Position numbers and translations under genes: made by a program. A stretch of 64,000 nt of DNA. Origin: a virus (lineage: Duplodnaviria > Caudoviricetes). Below the pieces are notes generated by a model, which was not told the DNA's origin, ran no database searches, and saw only the letters and a list, made by a program, of their open reading frames with translations. Shown here in pieces: positions 55,214 through 64,000 of this stretch; positions within the stretch are counted from its first letter, which is position 1, and each line of letters opens with the position of its first letter. The stretch lies in IMG/VR virus record IMGVR_UViG_3300005841_000939; one strand, given 5' to 3'.

Positions 55214-56866
55214 TTAGAGACTGACCTGCTTCCATCCGCTATCATTCCACGATCCGGTTCCATTTGGATGTGAAAAGATGTTATCAGGGAATTGATGGTC
55301 AATTAATTTTGATTTGGTGGGGGTTTTCTGTGCGAATGCCAAAGTTTTATCACTAATTGGTACCACGACAACACCCACAGGAGTTAATGAGAAAATTGGG
55401 CTATGAAACGTGTGGCTTGAATCTAGGATAGTATGCGTACCTTCCGAATTCCAGTAATGCATTTCATACAAGCCTTGCTTCTCAGTAACTAGAATGAGGT
55501 TTCCATATTCTGAATGCCAGGCTGCTATCTTCTTGCCCTTTATTTCTTTCAACGCAACATCTACAAATTTATTTTGTCCGAGATACGCTTTCCAATATGG
55601 CATACCGAGTAAGTAATGAATGAAATTACCAGCAACTCCATTTTTAATTCCAGGAGTTGTTTCACCAACAGCCTTGCTGGTAAGAACCCAATTGATACCA
55701 ACCTTGGTAAATGAATAGTGGAAAATCTTACCATCCTGATTTACTACAAAGAAAGTATTATCGTTTGACAGATACCAATGCTTTGCATTAGGATGAGTCA
55801 TATATTGATTATGATTTGAATCTAGGATCTTATCATCCTTACGATAAAACCATTGCTGCTTATTCTCAGGATGGGTAATGATCCACGTTGAATTATCCAA
55901 TGCAACGTTTGCAGGATAAATGTTTTGATTGATATAGACGTTGCTTGCTGACCATGCAACTACAGTTCCATTTGCCATGCCATAACAGCCCAGCAAATCA
56001 TTTGCGTGTTGCTCATTACTGATTTTCCAACCAACAATTTGTGCAATCTTCTGAACCATCTGAATAACAGCGCCGCGAACAAATCCTGGAGGAGCTGAAC
56101 GCTTACCATTTTGGAAAACATCTTTGTACCAATCCAACATTGGACCAGGTATTGCGCTCCAATCTCTCACAACTGGAGAAACTTTCACACTTGAATCAAA
56201 CACAGAAAGATTCAAACGCATTCTTTCTGTGAATGAAAGTCCCTTTGGTTCTTTGCCTTTGAATGGATGAATGCCCGTCCACAATTGAAATGTGACAATC
56301 CCCCAACCATACCAATCAGATTCTTTATTGAACTTATTATTTTTCTCAGTCAATGGATCACGGACAGATGCCATGATTGCTGTTGCATGATGCGATGGTG
56401 TTTGCCATGCATCGGTATCAATAATCGTAGTTGACCAATTGACTTCATCAAGAAGCCAATTCATTTCATTTGCATCAACTATCAAACAATTTGCATCATG
56501 GACAGATTGCATAATCTCTGCCATTTCTTTACAAATGTTGTTGATGTTTTTACCTTTGAGATTTGCCCGAGTTTGTGCAGGAGTTGTAATATAAGTACAC
56601 AACGGTTTGCCACCCATGACAGCAGGCATCCAATATCCGATACGCTTGCCATTGGTATCGTAAATACTTCCTTCTGATTTTATAACACGTTTGTCTTTGA
56701 TCAAACTAAGTTCTTGCAACTTTGATTCAGGAATACCATTCGCAGGATCATGCCAAATTTTGTAGGCACGATCACCTTTCACATAAACTGTACCTTCACC
56801 ACCATCACCGACTTTCTCTTTGTCAGCAAGAGTGTAGAGCATTCCATTGTTGTCTTTAATTTTCAT
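55214..56866 (-). CDS. Ser/Thr protein kinase (TerY-P triad type)
   Basis: GDGGEGTVY glycine loop, AYKIW, IVDANEMNWL, IIDTD, DWYGWGIVTFQLWTGIHPF. Confidence 0.9.
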   Translation of the reverse strand: MKIKDNNGMLYTLADKEKVGDGGEGTVYVKGDRAYKIWHDPANGIPESKLQELSLIKDKRVIKSEGSIYDTNGKRIGYWMPAVMGGKPLCTYITTPAQTRANLKGKNINNICKEMAEIMQSVHDANCLIVDANEMNWLLDEVNWSTTIIDTDAWQTPSHHATAIMASVRDPLTEKNNKFNKESDWYGWGIVTFQLWTGIHPFKGKEPKGLSFTERMRLNLSVFDSSVKVSPVVRDWSAIPGPMLDWYKDVFQNGKRSAPPGFVRGAVIQMVQKIAQIVGWKISNEQHANDLLGCYGMANGTVVAWSASNVYINQNIYPANVALDNSTWIITHPENKQQWFYRKDDKILDSNHNQYMTHPNAKHWYLSNDNTFFVVNQDGKIFHYSFTKVGINWVLTSKAVGETTPGIKNGVAGNFIHYLLGMPYWKAYLGQNKFVDVALKEIKGKKIAAWHSEYGNLILVTEKQGLYEMHYWNSEGTHTILDSSHTFHSPIFSLTPVGVVVVPISDKTLAFAQKTPTKSKLIDHQFPDNIFSHPNGTGSWNDSGWKQVSL

Positions 56867-57699
56867 GACACGACAGTCCTGATGAGAGCAGCACATGAAA
56901 AGTCATCATGATGATAGATGGAATTCTTTCCCATCGTCTGACGCATCTTTCCCCAACACCGCTTTAAAAAGTTTCCATTGGTGTTTGGAATGTGAATCAA
57001 CTCGCGGATGATTTTATCAAATGGATAATTATCAACTACTGGAATACCATTTGAATTGGTAACTTTTTGTTTGAATGATGTAATACCATCAGTCATGATA
57101 AAAACTTTTAATGGACTGATGAAAGTAAATGCTTCAAAATCAGTTTTACTTTCAACGACATCAACATCAATGCCATTTCCTTGCGCATCATAATGAAATG
57201 TGCGAATAGTTTTTGTCATATCAACAGTTTTCAATGCTTCTCTTCTTTTATCGCTTAACAAATATGAAAGATAAAGCGGAGTATTCTCTTTGTAATCAAC
57301 AATGATGACATCATAAGAACCATCTGATTTGACGACACAAATTGTGCCATCGCCCCACATAGTTGCTTTGACATTATCTCCTTCAGTTGTTGCAAAAATG
57401 AGTGTTGCATCCAATGATTGCTGAACGATACCAGGAATATTTATTTGCTGGCAATGCGTAAAGTGAAGAATTGCATGCGCCATATCTTCCCACTTCGTGT
57501 AGTTGGCAGCATATGACGCAAAATTTGAAATGGCGAATGAAACTAAAAGTCTTGAACCCCAATCACTATCGGGTGAACTGCTGCAACCATCCGAAACACA
57601 CAAAAAAACATCAGTTGCTGATTTTGAAGTTCCAGCAAAATCCTGACAAACTTCATGATCGTGGCCGATACGATAAAAAGAATCTTTGACCCAACTCAT
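56863..57699 (-). CDS. PP2C-like protein phosphatase
   Basis: GHDHEVCQD, VSDGCSSS, GDG, IMTDG, HHDD motifs; ATGA overlap with kinase. Confidence 0.9.
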   Translation of the reverse strand: MSWVKDSFYRIGHDHEVCQDFAGTSKSATDVFLCVSDGCSSSPDSDWGSRLLVSFAISNFASYAANYTKWEDMAHAILHFTHCQQINIPGIVQQSLDATLIFATTEGDNVKATMWGDGTICVVKSDGSYDVIIVDYKENTPLYLSYLLSDKRREALKTVDMTKTIRTFHYDAQGNGIDVDVVESKTDFEAFTFISPLKVFIMTDGITSFKQKVTNSNGIPVVDNYPFDKIIRELIHIPNTNGNFLKRCWGKMRQTMGKNSIYHHDDFSCAALIRTVVS

Positions 57700-57929
57700 A
57701 CATCATCCTTGTCTTCAGGAAAGGTATAATACACAGGCTTTTGACATACCGGGCAAATTGGACCTTTAGATTCACTTTTTATATACATATTTGAAACATG
57801 GCCTTTTGTGCAGCGCCATGTAGGTTTATCAAGCCAACGCTCAGGAATGTCCAAGAATTTTGGACCTTTTTCCTTTTTATAGGCTTCTACTATAATTTTT
57901 GGTCTATTAGGATCAAATGGTAATGACAT
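57696..57929 (-). CDS. small Zn-ribbon protein
   Basis: CTKGH..CPVC. Confidence 0.7.
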   Translation of the reverse strand: MSLPFDPNRPKIIVEAYKKEKGPKFLDIPERWLDKPTWRCTKGHVSNMYIKSESKGPICPVCQKPVYYTFPEDKDDV

Positions 57930-57938
57930 GTAACCTAC

Positions 57939-57966
57939 AACATACCATCTAAACCATTGATGTCAA
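57939..57966 (-). promoter_or_regulatory. sigma70-like promoter, 16 bp spacer
   Basis: TTGACA-N16-TATGTT upstream of Zn-ribbon/PP2C/kinase. Confidence 0.7.
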
Positions 57967-57973
57967 CTACTTA

Positions 57974-58399
57974 TCAATTTTTTCTAGGATTAAACGGAAC
58001 TTTTAAACCAATAAGCGAAGCGATTTCTTGATCTTTTTGAGGCAGCTTACTGATCACATATTTGTAAAAATCATCTGCGTTGTAATAAGGATAATGAAGC
58101 CATGTGAAGTCATATTCACCATGCTGCACTAATACCCTCTTATAAAATCCTTTTTCAGTGACAATGACATCAAAGTCACCATCCTCAATTGGATTTTCAG
58201 CATTGGCGAAACACCATTTTTCGCCAGAAACATCAAAAATTTCTTTGCTTTTTATTGCTCTATTGATCGCAATGATTACTAGTTCTTGTATTGTCATAAA
58301 AGAGAAAGAAGATAGTGGCAGGATGCTCGTTCCGACTCTAAATAAAAAGCACAGATTAAGAGTTTTGACAATTGATTTTTGATGGTTGACTGTTGACAA
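57974..58399 (-). CDS. hypothetical protein (true start probably internal, MTIQEL)
   Basis: ORF. Confidence 0.6.
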   Translation of the reverse strand: MSTVNHQKSIVKTLNLCFLFRVGTSILPLSSFSFMTIQELVIIAINRAIKSKEIFDVSGEKWCFANAENPIEDGDFDVIVTEKGFYKRVLVQHGEYDFTWLHYPYYNADDFYKYVISKLPQKDQEIASLIGLKVPFNPRKN

Positions 58400-58507
58400 G
58401 TTGAGTCTTGAGTCTTCGCATCGCGTTCATTGTCGTTATCGGTGCCGTATATTATATGGCCTGTACTCTTTACCCAAAGGCAGAAAGAGCAGAGCCTGCC
58501 ACCATCC

Positions 58508-58978
58508 TCAGATTTCAAAAGGGATCTTGATCTTGGTCAATGCATTGTGAGCATCAACCTCTTCTTGAAGGGTACCGATTTGTTCTTCCAGGTCATTGAC
58601 AGTCTTGTCAATACCAGCAGCATCAAAAACCTGATTGATCTTGATCTTGGTGATGTCCTGAGTTCCGTAAACACGCTCCGTCGTATACTCGCGGTTATCC
58701 GTTGGAACCGTGCGCCAGAATTGCACCAACGACTTCAACTCAGCCATCTGCGCCATCTTCCCATAGATAGGAACATTGGCTTCTTGGATGAGAGTCTTGA
58801 GCGAAATAAGGTTGTTGATCAGTTGGCCGAGAACATCAGACTCAACCTTGGCATCAAAAGAAGACTTATTGTTTTCCTGTGAAACGTTGGATGTCCGAAC
58901 CTTGTTTTGCGTTTCGGAAACCTTCTTGGCGAGGATGTTCTTGAGAGCCAGAGCTTTGCGGAGAGTTATTTCTTTCAT
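58508..58978 (-). CDS. coiled-coil protein (DIP1984-like N-terminus)
   Basis: MKEITLRKALALKNIL..LQEEVDAHNALT pattern. Confidence 0.6.
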   Translation of the reverse strand: MKEITLRKALALKNILAKKVSETQNKVRTSNVSQENNKSSFDAKVESDVLGQLINNLISLKTLIQEANVPIYGKMAQMAELKSLVQFWRTVPTDNREYTTERVYGTQDITKIKINQVFDAAGIDKTVNDLEEQIGTLQEEVDAHNALTKIKIPFEI

Positions 58979-58995
58979 GGTAATGTATTTCTACA

Positions 58996-59349
58996 TTAAT
59001 CATTTGAAGAGTCCAGGATTAAATTTTTAATCTGTGGGGTCAGCATATATAAAGTTCTAGGTACATCCTCTTCTTTTATTGCAAAATCATTGTGCAATGC
59101 TTGCTGAATTAATTCAAGGGATTTGATCATATCCTTTTCAAATCGCTTAGAATCCTTTGGATCCTTTAATAAATTCTTATCCTTCAATTTATGCATGAAG
59201 TGATACAATTCCAAATATGTAATACGCCATTCATTTTTATGGCACTCTTGATATACAGAATTGTGATCAACAATTTCTTTACCCATTTTTAGGATAATGG
59301 AGCACAATTTCTTTTGACGAACCGTCAATTTACGCATCGCGGTCATCAC
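58996..59349 (-). CDS. hypothetical protein
   Basis: 117 aa ORF. Confidence 0.65.
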   Translation of the reverse strand: MMTAMRKLTVRQKKLCSIILKMGKEIVDHNSVYQECHKNEWRITYLELYHFMHKLKDKNLLKDPKDSKRFEKDMIKSLELIQQALHNDFAIKEEDVPRTLYMLTPQIKNLILDSSND

Positions 59350-59821
59350 GCACCATCATTTTATAGGTATGAATATCACGCACACAAATATTGGTCAAAA
59401 TGTCAATTCTATCTTTAACTATTTTCTTAAATCTCTCGTTAAATACCTGATGAAACAAATCATTGTGTTTGTCAATTTCATTAATCATGAAATTGGTGTA
59501 TGCTTCTTTAATTCGGTTTATGTATCCAATTTCATTTCCAGCAGCATAAGCTCGGCGCAAATCCGCTTTGACTTGATCATAAAGAGTTTTGTAATGAATG
59601 ACTAAAGTTTTGCTTTCCAACTTATACAGATTCCAGGAGAACATAAATCCATCATGATACTTACCGAAGTACAGGATTTCTGTTAAATCACTCTGGCGCT
59701 TATTTGCTGCGTGCAAAATGGTTGGCGGATATTGATTAAACTTGACGAGATTAACCGTCAATGCTGGATCCATATCCTCATAAAATTCAAGCTCGCTATA
59801 GATGGTCATAAGACCTACCAT
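59330..59821 (-). CDS. hypothetical protein
   Basis: 163 aa ORF; TTGATT-N16-TATGGT upstream. Confidence 0.65.
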   Translation of the reverse strand: MVGLMTIYSELEFYEDMDPALTVNLVKFNQYPPTILHAANKRQSDLTEILYFGKYHDGFMFSWNLYKLESKTLVIHYKTLYDQVKADLRRAYAAGNEIGYINRIKEAYTNFMINEIDKHNDLFHQVFNERFKKIVKDRIDILTNICVRDIHTYKMMVRDDRDA

Positions 59822-59850
59822 AGCGAGCTTTTATTAGAAATCAAGAGGTT

Positions 59851-60795
59851 TTATACTGGCGTTGTATGACCTTGAGCTAGGGCTGTCTCAAGGGTAGTAC
59901 AATCAAAGCGATCAATGTATGCAATCGTATCGTCTTTAACGATGACAATCAAAGGATCTTTTGGCTTAATTTCACTGGTGGCTCCTACAGTCTTCCAATC
60001 AGCTTCAACAATCAATTTAACTTCGCCACCTACAGAGTCTGCAATTTCTTTAGCCTCAATTATTGTTTTCTTTGCATTTTCAGGTATTAATCCTGGTACA
60101 TGCGTGACAAACTTCATACGAACATCTTCACTATCTTTGAAACTATTGTAATGTTTTATGCCAAAATTTGCCCAAGCTAAACATAGACAAGGGAGTAATA
60201 AAACCAAACCAAAAAATACTAATGGTCCAAGGCCACCAGCACCAGTTGTTATTCCAGAATATAGCATTATTCCTGCAATAATGCAACCAATTATACCAAG
60301 TATGAAATTTGATGTAGCACTTATATCGTTTAAGCTAAACCAGGATTTTGTGTAATTTATTGAAACATTAAACCATGATTGAACATTGGTTCTTAAACGC
60401 AATTCGCCAGACATTGAAATATCAGCGTGAACGCTCAATCCACCACGATCAATTGCATCAGAACCTAACTCAGGCCAATTTTTCAAATCAGTGATTGGCT
60501 GTTTAAAAGGATTTATCATTGCATAAACTGGTAAATCAACAATCAATGAAGGACGAGTTTCAAATGAAACTGTTTTCTTTTTCATTTTCTTCAAAATAGC
60601 AGGTTCAATATATTTTATTTTAGTATCATATCTATCTTGAACTGTTTGAAGCCACATATTGGCAACATCAAATTCTTTCTTTGAGTTTGTGAAACATTCT
60701 TCACATGGAAGTAGATTTTTAAGCTCAACTTGAGGCTTACTAACCTTAATATATTTAGTTTTGGAAACAACATCATCAAGAACATTAGTAGTCAT
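59851..60795 (-). CDS. two-TM membrane protein, paralog 1 of 3
   Basis: LLPCEE, PGLIP, LIVEADWK, DPLIV, DRFDCTT..QGHTTP. Confidence 0.85.
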   Translation of the reverse strand: MTTNVLDDVVSKTKYIKVSKPQVELKNLLPCEECFTNSKKEFDVANMWLQTVQDRYDTKIKYIEPAILKKMKKKTVSFETRPSLIVDLPVYAMINPFKQPITDLKNWPELGSDAIDRGGLSVHADISMSGELRLRTNVQSWFNVSINYTKSWFSLNDISATSNFILGIIGCIIAGIMLYSGITTGAGGLGPLVFFGLVLLLPCLCLAWANFGIKHYNSFKDSEDVRMKFVTHVPGLIPENAKKTIIEAKEIADSVGGEVKLIVEADWKTVGATSEIKPKDPLIVIVKDDTIAYIDRFDCTTLETALAQGHTTPV

Positions 60796-60837
60796 AATTG
60801 TATTTCTTTCAGAATTTTCTTGTATATCAAGAAAAAA

Positions 60838-61755
60838 TTATAGAGGAGTTGTGTAGCCTTGGGCCAAAGAAGTTTCAAGGGTTGTGCAATCAAAACGATC
60901 AACGTAGAAAATCATATTATCTTTAATGAGAACAATAACAGGATCTTTTGGAAGTATTTCGCTTTGTTGAAGTTTCCAATCAGCTTCAACTATCAAGCGA
61001 AGTTTGCAACTTTCTCTTCTATCATAATCACTCTGATCAGCAAAATCTCTTAATTCTTTTAACTTATTTTTAACATCTTTTGGAATTAGACCTGGAATTC
61101 TAGTTATAAACTCAAATTTTGCATAAACATCTTTATATAAAGTATTTTGAGTCAATCTGTAAACATTTGACAAAATATTTATTAGACCAACACTTCCTAC
61201 TGAAATTCCAACAAGTAAAGAAGTAAACGAATAGCTTAAAAAGAACATGAACAATACAGAAGCCAAAACAATAATTGAACCTACTATAATATTACTTTTA
61301 ATGCTCAAATCATCAAACAAATTAAAGAATGGTGTATAATTTTTGAAAGATGGTTGAAAGAAATGGCTTAAATTTGTCTCAAATTCTACTGACGTGTTTG
61401 CTTTTAATGACAACCTTCCAGTTAATTTACCAGTATCAGTACCGTTATGAATATACGTACCTTCTTCTACTCTTTTAAATGGATCAATGAACGCATAAAC
61501 TGGCAAACCAATCTTTAAAGAAGGATTGTCAGGAAATGTTACTGTATATTCTTTATTTTTCTTAAGGATTTCTGGATGCAAATATTTCAACTTGTGACCA
61601 AACTTATCTTCAAATCGTTTCAACCACTTAAAATCTATGTTGTTTGGTACATCAACCAAACCTTCTTCACATGGAAGAATATCTTCAGTACTCTTCACAT
61701 CCTGAACTGGAATAACTGAAACAATAACATCTTCAAGGGTTGGTGCAATATTCAT
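60838..61755 (-). CDS. two-TM membrane protein, paralog 2 of 3
   Basis: ILPCEE, PGLIP, LIVEADWK, DRFDCTT..QGYTTP. Confidence 0.85.
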   Translation of the reverse strand: MNIAPTLEDVIVSVIPVQDVKSTEDILPCEEGLVDVPNNIDFKWLKRFEDKFGHKLKYLHPEILKKNKEYTVTFPDNPSLKIGLPVYAFIDPFKRVEEGTYIHNGTDTGKLTGRLSLKANTSVEFETNLSHFFQPSFKNYTPFFNLFDDLSIKSNIIVGSIIVLASVLFMFFLSYSFTSLLVGISVGSVGLINILSNVYRLTQNTLYKDVYAKFEFITRIPGLIPKDVKNKLKELRDFADQSDYDRRESCKLRLIVEADWKLQQSEILPKDPVIVLIKDNMIFYVDRFDCTTLETSLAQGYTTPL

Positions 61756-61796
61756 ATGGGTATTCTCTCACGAAATAGTTATTTACCAAATTGTTT

Positions 61797-62729
61797 TTAA
61801 ACAGGGGTGGTGTGGCCTTGAGCAATCAAATTCTCTTTGGTGGTGCAATCAAAACGATCAATATAAGCAATCGTATCACCTTTGACGATAACAATGATTG
61901 GATCTTTATTTTCAGGTATGATAGTTCTTTCAACACGGCTAACTTTCCAATCAGCTTCAACAATCAAATAAAGTTCACCACCAACATTTTTTGCAACTTT
62001 TGTTGCCTTTTCAATTTTCTTTTTAGCATCTGGTGGAATTAACCCTGGAAGCATAGTGGAAAAATGTAACTTACATCTTTCATTTTTGACAAATGTATTT
62101 TTATGTAAGTTAACAACAGAAGGAATTGCAAATAAACCACCAAAAATAGATGCAATGCCAGCAATACAAGAAACCAAAACTCTAAGTGGAGTTTCATCAC
62201 AAAATTTAAAAATGGAAAATACAGCTATTGCTGAAACAGCTAGTATAATTGTTCCTGTTATAAAGTTTGCAACAGTTGACATGTCGTCATTTAATAACCA
62301 ATTTTCTTTAACTTTCACATCAACAGTATTTAATGGATGATGTGAAGTATCAACTTTGGATTCTCTATCTCTATCACTAGTAATTTCAACGGTTATTCCG
62401 CCTCGCCGTTGTAAATCATTTCCATAATATTCATCAGTTGGATTTATTGAAGGTAAATGTGGATCAATCAACGCAAATTCAGGTAAACCAATTTTAAGTG
62501 CTTGACGACCTTTTATTTTTATTGAATGATTTTTTGTCCCTTTCAATACTTCTGGATGAAATTTTCTGATTGGGGCGCCATATTCTTTTTGAACAAGTTT
62601 TAACCATTCATTGCTATTCTTCTTGTGATTTTCGCTGAAATGTCTTTCACATGGAAGAAGATTTTCAACAATATGATCTTCAACTAATTCAGAGGAAGTT
62701 TCAATAAGATTTGCGAGAGTAGAAACCAT
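61797..62729 (-). CDS. two-TM membrane protein, paralog 3 of 3
   Basis: LLPCER, PGLIP, LIVEADWK, DRFDCTT..QGHTTP. Confidence 0.85.
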   Translation of the reverse strand: MVSTLANLIETSSELVEDHIVENLLPCERHFSENHKKNSNEWLKLVQKEYGAPIRKFHPEVLKGTKNHSIKIKGRQALKIGLPEFALIDPHLPSINPTDEYYGNDLQRRGGITVEITSDRDRESKVDTSHHPLNTVDVKVKENWLLNDDMSTVANFITGTIILAVSAIAVFSIFKFCDETPLRVLVSCIAGIASIFGGLFAIPSVVNLHKNTFVKNERCKLHFSTMLPGLIPPDAKKKIEKATKVAKNVGGELYLIVEADWKVSRVERTIIPENKDPIIVIVKGDTIAYIDRFDCTTKENLIAQGHTTPV

Positions 62730-62743
62730 GATATATCCTTGCG

Positions 62744-63133
62744 TTATTTGGTGAGACTTTTGCGAGCCATTTTGTAATCAATCAACTTTGGAACTTTTAG
62801 AATTTTCGTATATTCGTTAATGAATTTATTATTTTTAAATACATCTTGTATATCCATCACTGATGTTGATTGATCAATTGCTTCATTAATTTGAGCCATT
62901 AATTCTTCCAGTTTTCTCAAACTAGGGAGCTTCTTATATGAGTGACCTTTTGGAATTGTTGATTTTTTATTTTTAATTCTTGCCCAAGCATAAATATCAA
63001 ACTGTACTCTGTGTTTTAAAACTAATAACGCTACAAGCCTGTCAGATATTTCCAATGTATTATCTTTTGAATATGCATTCAAAATCGTTTCAGAAATATC
63101 ATAAAACGTAGCTTTAGAAGGCATAGTTTTCAT
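62744..63133 (-). CDS. hypothetical protein
   Basis: own promoter TTGACA-N16-TAAGAT (63167-63140). Confidence 0.7.
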   Translation of the reverse strand: MKTMPSKATFYDISETILNAYSKDNTLEISDRLVALLVLKHRVQFDIYAWARIKNKKSTIPKGHSYKKLPSLRKLEELMAQINEAIDQSTSVMDIQDVFKNNKFINEYTKILKVPKLIDYKMARKSLTK

Positions 63134-63183
63134 GGCTTGATCTTATCGTTGGAAGTTTGGATGTCAAAATACTTACCTAAAAC

Positions 63184-63218
63184 AAAAAAGCCACCAGTTG
63201 TTACACTGATGGCTTTCC
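63184..63218 (-). terminator. intrinsic terminator after vWA gene
   Basis: minus strand AAGCCATCAG..CTGGTGGCTT then T-run. Confidence 0.8.
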
Positions 63219-63235
63219 TAAATGAACTAGAAAGT

Positions 63236-63979
63236 TCAGATAGAGATTGACTGAGAAGGACCACCGGTCCCAAGAGCCTGAGACTGAGCCGAAATGCTCT
63301 TGCTCACGAACTGCGCCAGCTTGGCGATTGAGCTTTTCGTTGCATCCTTGATTTCAACGAATTGCGTGAACCCAGCATCCTGTTGGAGAGTGCGAAGTTC
63401 ATTGGCAACCTGAGAATCGCTCATGTTGACACCGACGAGAATTGAGACGATGCTTTCCAGCGATTCTTCCTTCATCATGGAAACCAGAGCTTCCTTGATG
63501 CGATCCTTGCCGTAGTTGCTGGAATTGTTCATGCCATCGGTGATCACGATGACGATGCCGTTTGCCGAGAAGTGCTGAGCATTCAGCGATTTGCCGTAAG
63601 CTGCCGTTGCTTCCACAGCATTGACGCATGCATCGTAGAGGGCAGTCATACCACCGTCACCGAGCAGGTTGGCATAGTCGCCAGCATTGATCGTCATCAG
63701 GGGCTTGAATCCGTGGAATTCTTTCAGCGCACTGCTGAAAGTGGTGACACGAATCAACAGGTTGTCTGCACGGGGACTGTAGCGACAGGCCTTGACGATT
63801 TCCTCCATGCAGTTGATCATGTCAGAACGGAAACTGTTGATGCTTCCCGAATCATCAACAGCGACAGTGATGAGGGTATATTCATCAGCGCCGAGGGATT
63901 CGATTTTCGTGGCCGAGAAGGTGAATGCACCAGGAAGCTTGAATTGTTCCAGGTCATCCGCTGCGTTGAGTTTGGGCAT
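63236..63979 (-). CDS. von Willebrand factor A domain protein (TerY-like)
   Basis: VDDSGS MIDAS, GMTALYDA, VITDG motifs; GGAG RBS. Confidence 0.9.
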   Translation of the reverse strand: MPKLNAADDLEQFKLPGAFTFSATKIESLGADEYTLITVAVDDSGSINSFRSDMINCMEEIVKACRYSPRADNLLIRVTTFSSALKEFHGFKPLMTINAGDYANLLGDGGMTALYDACVNAVEATAAYGKSLNAQHFSANGIVIVITDGMNNSSNYGKDRIKEALVSMMKEESLESIVSILVGVNMSDSQVANELRTLQQDAGFTQFVEIKDATKSSIAKLAQFVSKSISAQSQALGTGGPSQSISI

Positions 63980-64000
63980 TTGGAGGTTCCTTACTTGAGG

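Noticed and set aside
58430-58882. Plus-strand 150 aa ORF and other + strand ORFs in the right half
   Set aside because: They overlap better-supported - strand genes with no promoter or RBS; 51744-51932 is the one exception kept.

Overview
This window looks like a 64 kb piece of a large (jumbo-type) tailed phage genome, standard genetic code, in two halves. Left half (1-30.2 kb, almost all + strand, moderate GC) is an early/host-takeover-like region of short transcription units, each with its own TTGAC..TAnnnT promoter and often an intrinsic terminator. It holds rIIA/rIIB, DUF932, DUF2786, SprT-like, HNH, deaminase, PNK/AAA_33, ART-like, XRE and several AT-hook/H-NS-like genes, three clear tRNAs (Lys-UUU, Leu-UAA, Arg-UCU), one atypical tRNA-like element and up to three candidate structured ncRNAs (largest about 680 nt). 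Right half (30.2-64 kb, - strand) holds a split vWA / PP2C / Ser-Thr kinase (TerY-P-like) triad, three tandem membrane-protein paralogs, and the most striking feature: an about 24 kb, very AT-rich array of roughly 80 small, highly divergent paralogous ORFs. They share a K-x-[NTDS]-R-[QHYN]-[STDN]-Y motif, usually followed by [WF]-x-x-L-K-x-x-F and often [NY]-E-x-R-I-x-x-I. Several members are chimeras carrying recognisable fragments of a T4-type major capsid protein (including the Gol-peptide-equivalent segment) or a tail-sheath N-terminus. All calls are by eye from sequence motifs and remembered family signatures; no database search or folding was run.
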